Shown in pieces: positions 23,965-32,000 of a DNA stretch of 32,000 nucleotides. Source of the DNA: Vibrio vulnificus CMCP6 (GTDB lineage: Bacteria; Pseudomonadota; Gammaproteobacteria; Enterobacterales; Vibrionaceae); NCBI RefSeq assembly GCF_000039765.1, contig NC_004460.2, forward strand, positions 360,001 through 392,000, in the 5' to 3' direction. A program made the translations under genes and the position numbers. The notes beneath the pieces are model-generated. The model ran no database searches and was not told the DNA's origin. It was given only the letters and a program-made list of their open reading frames with translations. Each line of letters starts with the position of its first letter. The first letter of the stretch is position 1.

Positions 23965-26526
23965 TTATTCCGTTACCGCTACGTGCAAGATGTCACCTTT
24001 CAACTCTGGGTGTTTCTCTGCAAACGTTGCTGGGCGATGTTGTTGACGCTCTGAAACAAACACAACGTTTTCATCACGCTTGTCTGAGTTAATAAAGTGC
24101 GCAAAGCGTGTTAGCTGAGCTTCATCGTTAATGGTTTCATTCCATTCACAGCGATACGCTTCCACCAATTTCGCGATGTCCGCTTCCAACTGTTCATTGA
24201 TGCCTAATTTGTCTTCAACAATCACTTGGCGTAGGTAGTCCACACCCCCTTCCATGTTGCCTAGCCACACAGAGGTGCGCTGCAGTGGCGCAGAAGTGCG
24301 GATGTAGAACATCATGAAACGGTCGATGTATTTGATCAGCGTTTCTTGGTCTAGGTCGCTCGCAAGCAAATCAGCGTGGCGAGGCTTCATACCGCCATTA
24401 CCACACACGTACATGTTCCAGCCTGCGTCTGTGGCGATAATACCGAGGTCTTTACCCTGCGCTTCAGCACATTCACGCGTACAGCCTGACACACCAAATT
24501 TCATCTTGTGCGGAGTGCGGATGCCTTTGTAGCGGTTCTCGATAAACACGCCAAGACCTACCGAATCTTGAACACCGTAACGACACCAGGTTGAACCCAC
24601 ACAGGTCTTCGCCATGCGCAGTGCTTTGGCATACGCTTGGCCAGTCTCATAGCCAGCGGCAATCAGTTTTTTCCAGATAGCTGGAAGATCGTCTTTTTGC
24701 GCACCAAACAGACCAATACGCTGAGCACCCGTTACTTTGGTGTAGAGATTGTATTCCGCCGCCACTTCCGCCAACACTTTTAGTGCCTGTGGCGTCACTT
24801 CACCACCCGCCATACGTGGGATCACCGAATAAGTGCCGTCTTTTTGCATGTTGCCAAGGAAGTTATCGTTGGTGTCGTGCAGCTTCACTAACTGAGGCTT
24901 CAGGATGTGCTCACCCCAGCATGACGCCAAAATTGACCCCACCGCTGGCTTACACACTTCACAGCCATAGCCTTTGCCATGTTTTGCCAACAGTTCATCA
25001 AAGGTTTTGATCTCTTCGATGCGAATGAGGTGGAACAGCTCTTGGCGAGAGTAAGCGAAGTGCTCACAGATATCGCTTTTCACTTCAACACCCGCTTTTG
25101 CAAGCTCAGCGTTTAGTACCGAAGTAACCAGTGGAATACAACCACCACAGCCAGTGCCTGCACCGGTAACCGCTTTGATGTCGCCGATGGTGTGATGACC
25201 GTCAGCCACCGCTTGCGCAATCTTGCCTTTAGTCACATCGAAACACGAACAGATCACCGCAGAATCTGGCAGTGAATCTGCGCCGAGTTTTGGCTTCTCA
25301 GCACCAGCGTGCGCTGGCAGGATCAAGGTATCTGGATGCTGTGGCAGCTCAATTTCATTCAACATCAGTTGCAGTAAGTCACCGTAATCCGACGTGTCAC
25401 CTACCATTACTGCGCCGAGTAATTTCTTGTTGTCTGCTGAAACGATCAAACGCTTGTAGACTTCAAGCTCTTCGTTTTGATAAACGTAGCTCTTACAACC
25501 AGGAGTACGGCCATTAGCGTCGCCAATCGAACCTACTTTGACACCCAGCAGTTTGAGCTTGGCAGACATATCCGCCCCTTCAAACTTACTGTCAACGTTG
25601 CCTAGCAGGTGATCCACGGCAACGGTGGCCATTTTGTAACCCGGCGCAACCAGCCCATAGAACATCTTATTCCATGATGCACATTCACCAATGGCGTAGA
25701 TATTGCTGTCTGTGGTTTGACAGTGATCGTTAATTTCAATACCGCCACGAGGTGCGATACCAAGGCCCATTTGGCGAGCCAGTTTGTCTTGAGGACGAAT
25801 ACCCGCAGAGAATACGATGAAGTCAGTCTCAAGCTCAGTGCCATCGGCAAAGCGCATCACATTACGTGCTTGTTCACCTTCCGCTGCGATTTCCAAGGTG
25901 TTTTTACTGGTATGAACTTTCACGCCCATACGTTCGATTTTTTGACGAAGTTGGTCACCACCGGCTTGATCCAGCTGTTCAGCCATCAGTTTAGGGGCAA
26001 ACTCGACAACGTGTGTTTCCATGCCCAAAGCTTTTAGCGCACCCGCCGCTTCCAAACCAAGCAAACCGCCGCCAATCACCACACCGCTTTTGCTCTTCTT
26101 CGCACATGCTTCGATGGCTTTTAGATCCTCGATGGTGCGGTAAACAAAGCAATCTTTACTTTCATTGCCTTTGATTGGTGGAACAAATGGGTAAGAACCT
26201 GTCGCAAGAATCAGCTTATCGTATTGAATTTCACGGCCCGAACTCGAATACACCGTTTGTTTTTCACGGTTAATATTGATCGCGCGCTCACCTAACAACA
26301 CTTTGATCGCGTGCTTTTCATAAAAGCCGGTTTTCACCAATGAGAGTTCATCAGCAGTGTGATGTGAGAAATAAGAAGAGAGATGGACGCGATCGTACGC
26401 AACGCGTGGTTCTTCACAAAATACGGTGATGTCGTACTGAGAAACATCCGTTTTATCAACCAGATCTTCGATATAACGGTGGCCGACCATCCCGTTACCG
26501 ACAATCACTAGCTTCAACTTGCTCAT
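23965..26526 (-). CDS. nirB: NAD(P)H-nitrite reductase large subunit NirB
   Basis: 853 aa. AGGAAG sits upstream as a Shine-Dalgarno. It has the FAD/NAD folds VIVGNGMVGHR and VIGGGLLGLEAA, the 2Fe-2S BFD-like motif CSCFDV..GCGGC, and the siroheme/4Fe-4S cysteines (CVGSTWCRYG ... SGCTRECAEA). Confidence 0.95.
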   Translation of the reverse strand: MSKLKLVIVGNGMVGHRYIEDLVDKTDVSQYDITVFCEEPRVAYDRVHLSSYFSHHTADELSLVKTGFYEKHAIKVLLGERAININREKQTVYSSSGREIQYDKLILATGSYPFVPPIKGNESKDCFVYRTIEDLKAIEACAKKSKSGVVIGGGLLGLEAAGALKALGMETHVVEFAPKLMAEQLDQAGGDQLRQKIERMGVKVHTSKNTLEIAAEGEQARNVMRFADGTELETDFIVFSAGIRPQDKLARQMGLGIAPRGGIEINDHCQTTDSNIYAIGECASWNKMFYGLVAPGYKMATVAVDHLLGNVDSKFEGADMSAKLKLLGVKVGSIGDANGRTPGCKSYVYQNEELEVYKRLIVSADNKKLLGAVMVGDTSDYGDLLQLMLNEIELPQHPDTLILPAHAGAEKPKLGADSLPDSAVICSCFDVTKGKIAQAVADGHHTIGDIKAVTGAGTGCGGCIPLVTSVLNAELAKAGVEVKSDICEHFAYSRQELFHLIRIEEIKTFDELLAKHGKGYGCEVCKPAVGSILASCWGEHILKPQLVKLHDTNDNFLGNMQKDGTYSVIPRMAGGEVTPQALKVLAEVAAEYNLYTKVTGAQRIGLFGAQKDDLPAIWKKLIAAGYETGQAYAKALRMAKTCVGSTWCRYGVQDSVGLGVFIENRYKGIRTPHKMKFGVSGCTRECAEAQGKDLGIIATDAGWNMYVCGNGGMKPRHADLLASDLDQETLIKYIDRFMMFYIRTSAPLQRTSVWLGNMEGGVDYLRQVIVEDKLGINEQLEADIAKLVEAYRCEWNETINDEAQLTRFAHFINSDKRDENVVFVSERQQHRPATFAEKHPELKGDILHVAVTE

Positions 26527-26589
26527 AATACTTCCTAAGGGTTAGGTTCTTATCTGAGCGCATTGTTAATTATGAAAGAAAATGAAAAT

Positions 26590-26603
26590 ATGATGTAAAT
26601 CAA
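26590..26603 (-). promoter_or_regulatory. FNR (or CRP/FNR-family) binding site in the nirB promoter
   Basis: aTGATgtaaATCAA matches 9/10 of TTGAT-N4-ATCAA. It is centred about 70 bp upstream of the nirB ATG, consistent with a class II (-41.5) activator site and a 5' UTR of about 30 nt. Confidence 0.6.
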
Positions 26604-26616
26604 TTACGAAATTAAA

Positions 26617-26633
26617 CTACCCTAAAGGGGTAG
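26617..26633 (-). promoter_or_regulatory. NarL/NarP-like inverted heptamer pair
   Basis: cTACCCTAaAGGGGTAg is an inverted repeat. One arm, TACCCCT, matches the NarL heptamer TACYYMT 7/7; the other arm, TACCCTA, matches 5/7. It is centred 28.5 bp upstream of the FNR site, versus 28 bp in E. coli pnir. The arm spacing is 7-1-7 rather than the canonical 7-2-7. Confidence 0.4.
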
Positions 26634-27034
26634 ATACTTTAGGGTTAGATGAATAAACCCTTGAAAATGTGGGGTTGGACACTTTTTATACCAAGATGTA
26701 CAACGATATTTAGAAAAGAAGATCGTTTTAAAGCAAACTTTGTGTAATATTTTTTCACAACTTACCCCAACTTATTGGCCGTCAGTGATCAAAAACGAAC
26801 AATTGATACGATCGACATCACGATACCAATGTAACTATTTGTTTCAAGTGTTCTATTTTTCACACCAAGTTGAAGCGAATCACCTTTTAATAATCATTTT
26901 GTTAATATCTCTAAAGCTTTGATTCAGGTCATAAATGCAACGATTATTCGAGCTGTATCATATGCACTGGTGTATTCATAAGCACCTTTCCACGACTTGC
27001 TCTATCACACATTCTAAGAGAAATAATAATCAAA

Positions 27035-28579
27035 ATGACCACCCAATCTACGCTCAACAAACACTATTCAGAACGTGCCAATTTAATCTCAACCACCAAC
27101 CCAGACAGCATCATTACTTACGCTAACGACGAGTTTTGTGATATTGCCGGGTTCTCACAGCAGGAGTTAGTTGGCAATCCTCATAACATGGTTCGTCACC
27201 CTGATATGCCAAAACAAGCGTTTGCTCAGCTGTGGCAATACTTACGTTCAGGAAAAAGCTGGATGGGGTTAGTAAAAAACCAATGCAGCGATGACAAGCA
27301 TTACTGGGTTTCAGCATTCGTTACGCCGATCAAAAGTGCTGATGGCGACATCATTGAATTTCAATCCGTCCGTTCTAAACCAAGCGCAGAACAAGTGGAA
27401 CGAGCACAGGCGCTTTACGATCAGCTACGAGCGAATAAACATCGTGCAAAACCAAGGCTCACTTTCCACCACCTTTCTACTCTTGGTTCTTTTGCAACTG
27501 CGGGCTTAATTTTGGCTGGCACTCTCACCGCTTCTAACGTCTTGCTCACTCTAAGCGGGGGTTGTGCTTTACTGTTGGGGGCGAACGCTCTCTACCAAGC
27601 GAAACGATTTGGCAATCTTCGAGCCCTAGCTCACGATGCCTATCATAATCCTCTCATGGAGAAGCCTTATACCAATCACTTTGACGATTACTCACAAATC
27701 GAGTTGGCGTTAATGATGAAAAAGGCGGAATTGCGCGCGGTGACGGCTCGTGCCACTGAAACTTCCGGCGGAATTCTGATCTCAGCAGAAGAGGAATTTG
27801 CCACCATTCAGTCCATCGGTGCCAGCTTGGATCAACAATGCCACGAAACGCAGCAAGTGGCCGCCGCCGTTGAGGAGCTGACTCACTCGATCAATGAGGT
27901 GGCGAATGCGGCGTCTGCCGCGTCCATGCTTACGGAAGAAGCCAATGAGGCGTCTCAAACGGGCTTGGAGAGCATTGGAACCACCATACGAGTGGTGGAT
28001 GCCATGGCCAAAGAGCTGGAACACTCGAAAGCCGTGATTGAGCAGTTATCGAACCATACTCAGAAAATCGACAGTATTTTAGAAGTGATCACCACCATCT
28101 CTGAACAGACCAATCTGTTGGCGTTAAACGCTGCAATTGAAGCCGCGCGCGCCGGGGAAGCGGGCCGTGGCTTTGCCGTGGTGGCCGATGAAGTTCGGAA
28201 TTTGGCGTCAAAAACGGGCAGCAGTGCCAATGAGATCCATGCGATGATCAATCAGCTTCAAACAACGGCCAAACAGGCAGTGGAAGCAATGAATACGGGG
28301 TTTGATTTGTCTCAGGATTGTAAGAAACAAGCCGATGCAACAGGCGATGTTCTTTCCGTTATTCGCGATAAATTGGACGCGGTAACAGACAGCAGCCATC
28401 AAATCGCCACTGCGGTAGAGCAACAAGCCAGTGTAACGCACGAGATCAATCGCAACATCGTCAACATTAAGCAGCTCGCTGACGATACTTCTCAGTCGTC
28501 CCACAGCTCTGTGCAACGCACTAGCCACCTAGTGGACAGTATTGAAGACTTACAGCGTTTGATGAAGCAGTTTGTCTAG
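27035..28579 (+). CDS. aer: Aerotaxis/energy-taxis receptor, Aer-like (N-terminal PAS, membrane hairpin, MCP signalling domain)
   Basis: 514 aa. The PAS region [66 protein letters not shown] aligns closely with E. coli Aer. A central hydrophobic hairpin follows, then the conserved MCP hairpin [38 protein letters not shown]. Confidence 0.85.
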   Translation: MTTQSTLNKHYSERANLISTTNPDSIITYANDEFCDIAGFSQQELVGNPHNMVRHPDMPKQAFAQLWQYLRSGKSWMGLVKNQCSDDKHYWVSAFVTPIKSADGDIIEFQSVRSKPSAEQVERAQALYDQLRANKHRAKPRLTFHHLSTLGSFATAGLILAGTLTASNVLLTLSGGCALLLGANALYQAKRFGNLRALAHDAYHNPLMEKPYTNHFDDYSQIELALMMKKAELRAVTARATETSGGILISAEEEFATIQSIGASLDQQCHETQQVAAAVEELTHSINEVANAASAASMLTEEANEASQTGLESIGTTIRVVDAMAKELEHSKAVIEQLSNHTQKIDSILEVITTISEQTNLLALNAAIEAARAGEAGRGFAVVADEVRNLASKTGSSANEIHAMINQLQTTAKQAVEAMNTGFDLSQDCKKQADATGDVLSVIRDKLDAVTDSSHQIATAVEQQASVTHEINRNIVNIKQLADDTSQSSHSSVQRTSHLVDSIEDLQRLMKQFV

Positions 28580-28597
28580 CCCCTTTATCGCAACAGC

Positions 28598-28626
28598 AAA
28601 TAAGGCAGCGTAACGCTGCCTTATTA
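28598..28626. terminator. Bidirectional rho-independent terminator
   Basis: TAAGGCAGCG / CGCTGCCTTA forms a stem with a 3-nt loop, flanked by AAA on the left and TT on the right. It lies between the convergent aer-like and outer-membrane protein genes. Confidence 0.7.
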
Positions 28627-28644
28627 ATTGGTTCTCGCTGCTGT

Positions 28645-31479
28645 TTAAAACTGACCCGCCACCGAGAAGAAGAACTGATCTTTACCCAGTTCCGAATCAA
28701 AGCCATGGGCATACCCTAAGGTGATCGGCAGCACGAGATTGTACCCCAGACGCGTTTCAACCGTGACTGACAAACCCGCTCCACTCAGCTGATTTCTTGT
28801 CGTTTTTTCACTCCAAGCCGTCCCTGAGTCGGCGAACACCGAAGCTGAAATATCACCCAAACCAATTGGGTAAAGCCCCCAGTTGCGCTCTACGCGTGCT
28901 AACCACGTGGTTGCCGTCAGTCGCTGTGTGAAATAACGATCGCCTCTTTGCACATTTTCATCATATCCCCTTAGAGACTGTGACTCACGGCCAAACAGGG
29001 CATGTTCGTCACTTTGATCAGAGCCGCCTAAACGGAAAGGCTTGGCTTTTTCATCCGCATAGCCACCCGCAAGTCGAAGTGATAATGTGCTTCTTCCAGG
29101 CAAATCGAATGTCATTTGCCACTGCGCCTGAAACTTCTCCCCTTGGTAGTCGCTGCTTAGCCAGTCGTTAGTTTCCACAACCGCATCGAGGTAATGCCCC
29201 CAACCTACTCCAGGCACATTAAGATAGCTTTCGCGATTATCAAAAGTGACGGCCAGCCCTACCAAGCTTTCTTCTTGCTCTCGATACGGCGTGATCGCAC
29301 CAAAAGATGGCGCTTTCGCTTCTGAGTCTTTATCCCAGTAAACGCCCGCAGCAACACTGAGTTGGTCTTCAAAAGCCGTAAAAATGTGATTACGTTGGAT
29401 CAACGCACTGTCACTTTGTTCTATTCGATAGCTCTCTGCCGTACCTTGCTTAAACGTGGTGAAATCGTGTGTACGCGATGCTTGAACGAGCCAACGCGAA
29501 TCATACAAATACCCCAAATTGAACTGTGCAAGATCGTTTTCAAAATCCCATGACAAACCCAATTGATATTGATGACGACTTAATGCATCGGCACCGTTAA
29601 TGATGAAACCGGCTAATTTTTGATTTTCATCTTGAGCTGCAATCGGCAACCACGTTCTTGGGCGCAAGCTGGACCAAGGAGAGTAGTCACTGATCTCACT
29701 TTTTTCCGCTACCTGCTCAACGGGATCGACATAATGATACTGGCCATCTTTGTCGGCAACCGTGAAAGTGGTCACTGGTACCTTGTCCGATTTTTCTTTC
29801 AAGGTATAGCCGTTGGCATCATACGATTGATAAACAAAACCTGAATCACGGCGGGTTTGTGGTGTAAACGCGCCACCCACTTCACGGGTCAACTGCTTTA
29901 TTTCGCCAGACACTATGTCGAGCGAGTAGATGTTAAACACACCGTCGTAATCGGCGCTAAACAGCACTTCACCATCAGAGGTAAATGCCGGTGAATTTTC
30001 GACGGCACGAGATTGCGTTAACGGGGTCCATTGCAACGCGGCTAAGTCAAATTTTTCAAGGTTCCAACCTTCACTCGATCGTTTGACACTTGCTACGATA
30101 AAACGACCATCGTGAGACACGGCAAATCCACCTAACACGTCACCAATCGTGCCTTGCCAAATTTGCTGACCGATTTCTGGTTGTTGCGCATCCATTAACC
30201 AAAGTTCACTGAGACCATTCACCTTACGTGTGGCTAAGTAGCGCTGGCCATCAGGGAGCCATTTAGCGCTGCGAAAACGCTGCTTCTCTGTCAACGCTTG
30301 CCAACGATCATCTTGATAAAGATAAACATCGCTCAGCACGCGGCCATCTGCATAAGCGATAGAACGCGTCGCCAGCACCCCACTTTGAGGATGGAAATCG
30401 AGCGAGTTGATGTTTTTCGTTTTAGTCAGTGAGTCTCCCGCGCGCTCATCACTGCCATCGCCTAACAACATCAGTTCACTCGCATCATCACCATTGTCGA
30501 CATTAACCAAAACACCATGGTCCGTTGCGGTAAACACTTGCATAAATGGGGCGGTATATTTCCCCTCACCAATGACGGCTTGCTCCATCATGGTGGCAAG
30601 ATCGCCTTGGTATTTCTCATATATATGAGCTTGGAAATCAGACCAAAGCTGTTCAAAATCCTTCCCAAACGTTTTTCTCGCCGTGCTGTTGAGCAAAAAG
30701 AACGGAATAAGCTTGCGGCTGTAACCCTGCAAAAATTCTTGCACCTTAGCATCACCATAGCTATCGGCTAGGTATTGCACGAAATAGGCACCGTACAAAT
30801 AGTTGTAGCCTAGCGGCCATTCTCTTGCTGCCACGGCAACTTGGTTGAGATCTTTCACGTCACCAGAGGCGACTTCCATTCTCATTTCCATGTCATAACC
30901 AGAGCCTTGCAAGCGCCCATAGCCAGCTTGTTCATTGGTTTCCAGATAAACCGCAAGCCCTTCGAGCATAAAAGAAGGCGTCATGAGGTGAGGATAAAGA
31001 AATGGGTTGCGACCAAATATTTTACGAAAAACGTTGACCGCGCCGCCGCCCATTTCCATGTGCATGATATGCGCGTACTCATGCTTAATGAGGAGATGCA
31101 TCCACTCATCGTTATTTTCCAAGCCATTTGCTTCATCTGGTGGACTCATAATCAAACGAATTTGTGGATAAGGCACCACCGTCGCCCAACCGTTTGAATA
31201 GTCCACCTCATCGACCAACACCAATTCTGTTTTTTCTTTCGGCTCGTAACCAAAGTATGGCACCAGTTCTTTATGGGATTGTTCAGCCAAATCAAGCGCT
31301 CTTGCGGCTTGCTTTTCATGGCCATTTCTAAAGTGGATAACAAAGTGATCCGTCGATTGAGTTAACCATGTCTCGTTTGCTTGATCCCAAGCGACAGATT
31401 GCGCGTAGGCTTGAGAAGGAGTCCCTGCCCCCAAAGCGAATAGCGCGGCAAGTGAAAGTGCGAGCGGCGTATATTTCAT
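28645..31479 (-). CDS. Outer-membrane protein: HExxH (Peptidase_MA-like) domain + PD40/TolB-like beta-propeller repeats + C-terminal Omp85-like beta-barrel
   Basis: ORF track 28645..31536. I prefer the ATG at 31479 (GGAAA upstream), which gives signal peptide MKYTPLALSLAALFALGAGTPSQAYA. Motifs present: HEYAH followed 36 aa later by FMLEGLAVYLE; PD40-type repeats such as PAFTSDGEVLFSADYDGVFNIYSLD; and a C-terminal region of about 340 aa with FRLGG...LRGY and a terminal ..SVAGQF. The reading frame is high confidence. Domain calls were made by eye. Confidence 0.75.
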   Translation of the reverse strand: MKYTPLALSLAALFALGAGTPSQAYAQSVAWDQANETWLTQSTDHFVIHFRNGHEKQAARALDLAEQSHKELVPYFGYEPKEKTELVLVDEVDYSNGWATVVPYPQIRLIMSPPDEANGLENNDEWMHLLIKHEYAHIMHMEMGGGAVNVFRKIFGRNPFLYPHLMTPSFMLEGLAVYLETNEQAGYGRLQGSGYDMEMRMEVASGDVKDLNQVAVAAREWPLGYNYLYGAYFVQYLADSYGDAKVQEFLQGYSRKLIPFFLLNSTARKTFGKDFEQLWSDFQAHIYEKYQGDLATMMEQAVIGEGKYTAPFMQVFTATDHGVLVNVDNGDDASELMLLGDGSDERAGDSLTKTKNINSLDFHPQSGVLATRSIAYADGRVLSDVYLYQDDRWQALTEKQRFRSAKWLPDGQRYLATRKVNGLSELWLMDAQQPEIGQQIWQGTIGDVLGGFAVSHDGRFIVASVKRSSEGWNLEKFDLAALQWTPLTQSRAVENSPAFTSDGEVLFSADYDGVFNIYSLDIVSGEIKQLTREVGGAFTPQTRRDSGFVYQSYDANGYTLKEKSDKVPVTTFTVADKDGQYHYVDPVEQVAEKSEISDYSPWSSLRPRTWLPIAAQDENQKLAGFIINGADALSRHQYQLGLSWDFENDLAQFNLGYLYDSRWLVQASRTHDFTTFKQGTAESYRIEQSDSALIQRNHIFTAFEDQLSVAAGVYWDKDSEAKAPSFGAITPYREQEESLVGLAVTFDNRESYLNVPGVGWGHYLDAVVETNDWLSSDYQGEKFQAQWQMTFDLPGRSTLSLRLAGGYADEKAKPFRLGGSDQSDEHALFGRESQSLRGYDENVQRGDRYFTQRLTATTWLARVERNWGLYPIGLGDISASVFADSGTAWSEKTTRNQLSGAGLSVTVETRLGYNLVLPITLGYAHGFDSELGKDQFFFSVAGQF

Positions 31480-31678
31480 AGATAATTTTCCATCAGTGCA
31501 CATAGATAAAATGAATAGAACCAAGTTAATGTACACTGTTTTATTGATTATTCATGTCCCTATTTGTATGGGAATGTATAGAGCAATCAAAAAGATGACA
31601 ACGTGCGAGCCCCTAAGAGTAGAGCAAACTCTCACGAATCAATTGAAAAAAGGAAAAAGATGAAAAGTGCTTAAATGC

Positions 31679-31706
31679 AAAAAGCCGACACTGAGTGTCG
31701 GCTTTT
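31679..31706 (-). terminator. Rho-independent terminator downstream of tRNA-Cys
   Basis: AAAAGCCGACAC / GTGTCGGCTTTT forms a 12-bp stem with a 3-nt loop, 9 nt after the tRNA 3' end. A T-run is present in the transcribed (minus) sense. Confidence 0.7.
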
Positions 31707-31714
31707 CTAAATAA

Positions 31715-31788
31715 TGGAGGCGCGTCCCGGAGTCGAACCGAGGTCCACGGATTTGCAATCCGCTGCATAGCCCCTCTGCCAACGCGCC
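31715..31788 (-). tRNA. tRNA-Cys (anticodon GCA)
   Basis: The reverse strand reads GGCGCGTTGGCAGAGGGGCTATGCAGCGGATTGCAAATCCGTGGACCTCGGTTCGACTCCGGGACGCGCCTCCA. It is 74 nt with an encoded CCA. The acceptor stem GGCGCGT/ACGCGCC, the anticodon loop TTGCAAA and the T-arm all fold correctly. It is nearly identical in stems to E. coli tRNA-Cys. Confidence 0.95.
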
Positions 31789-31826
31789 TTACTGTGTTGC
31801 CCGTGCTTGTCTCGGGAACGGGGTGC

Positions 31827-31854
31827 ACTTTAACGTATTCTCATGAGAGATCAA
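31827..31854 (-). promoter_or_regulatory. Candidate sigma70 promoter for tRNA-Cys
   Basis: The reverse strand reads TTGATC-N16-TAAAGT followed by the GC-rich discriminator GCACCCCG, a hallmark of stringently controlled stable-RNA promoters. It would give a leader of about 30 nt. Confidence 0.3.
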
Positions 31855-31947
31855 CTAATAATTTCGTTTCTTTGTGTTGATTGGACAATATCGGATCGAT
31901 TTGTTGCTTTGTCATACAAAGTGGTTTTAAAGCTGCCGACTCTCTTA

Positions 31948-32000
31948 TCTAGGCTCTAGGCTCTAGGCTCTAGGTTCTAGGTTCTAGGTTCTAGGTTCTA
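31948..32000. repeat. Heptanucleotide tandem repeat (VNTR-like), truncated by the window edge
   Basis: TCTAGGC occurs 3 times, then TCTAGGT 4 times plus a partial copy (TCTA) at the window end. The two sequence variants are arranged in blocks. Confidence 0.95.

Noticed and set aside
23646-24092. 148-aa plus-strand ORF spanning the nirD-nirB junction.
   Set aside because: It is antisense to two strongly supported genes and shows no recognisable motif, so it is a shadow ORF.
26740-27126. Two ~60-aa plus-strand ORFs upstream of, and overlapping, the aer-like start.
   Set aside because: They are AT-rich and low in complexity, lack an RBS, and the second overlaps the well-supported PAS-domain frame.
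28645-31790. tRNA-Cys 3' flank as a genomic-island insertion point (nir genes and the large OMP as cargo).
   Set aside because: No integrase gene is present, and I could find no direct repeat of the tRNA 3' end elsewhere in the window. The tRNA has its own terminator, and the neighbouring genes look compositionally ordinary.
31613-31880. Two ORFs (71 aa minus strand, 61 aa plus strand) overlapping tRNA-Cys.
   Set aside because: They overlap a confidently folded tRNA gene and its terminator, so they are spurious.
1-32000. Search for mobile elements, CRISPR arrays, phage genes, toxin-antitoxin pairs or defence cassettes.
   Set aside because: I found no transposase, integrase or recombinase ORF, no regularly spaced repeat array, and no small adjacent gene pairs typical of TA or abortive-infection systems. 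Every long ORF has a plausible housekeeping or accessory-metabolism assignment.

Overview
This window looks like an ordinary core chromosomal segment of a Vibrio (Vibrionaceae) genome. That placement is an inference from gene content and synteny: a ttpB-ttpC-exbB2-exbD2-tonB2-ttpD cluster, a fabH paralogue next to trxC, and Aer-type and Cache-type chemoreceptors. I can support 28 protein-coding genes (one cut by the left edge), one tRNA-Cys, several rho-independent terminators, a few candidate regulatory sites and three small tandem repeats.

Gene order, left to right:
- YgaV-like ArsR repressor (partial), divergent from a DUF2892 membrane peptide and a CoA-disulfide reductase-rhodanese fusion.
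- DUF1800/DUF1501 pair.
- fabH paralogue, divergent from thioredoxin-2.
- MFS transporter, AraC regulator and MATE efflux pump.
- YgbA-like Cys-rich protein and a small Lys-rich protein.
- sCache-type MCP, divergent from dcuB.
- Six-gene TonB2 cluster with a Fur box.
- NYN/LabA-like protein and a DUF4174 protein.
- nirB-nirD-nirC-cobA operon, whose promoter resembles E. coli pnir (FNR site plus NarL/NarP-like repeat).
- Aer-like PAS chemoreceptor.
- A 944-aa outer-membrane protein that combines an HExxH peptidase-like domain, PD40 propeller repeats and an Omp85-like barrel.
- tRNA-Cys and a heptanucleotide tandem repeat that runs off the right edge.

I saw no transposase, integrase, phage gene, CRISPR array, toxin-antitoxin pair or recognisable defence cassette. 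I cannot honestly point to a clearly novel multi-gene system. The best candidates for undescribed biology are the peptidase-propeller-Omp85 fusion protein (28645-31479) and, more weakly, the DUF1800/DUF1501 pair and the rearranged YgaV/YgaP/CoADR-rhodanese sulfur module with its twin palindromic operators.

All domain calls come from motif recognition by eye, with no HMM or BLAST run. Start codons were chosen by inspecting Shine-Dalgarno spacing and may be off.
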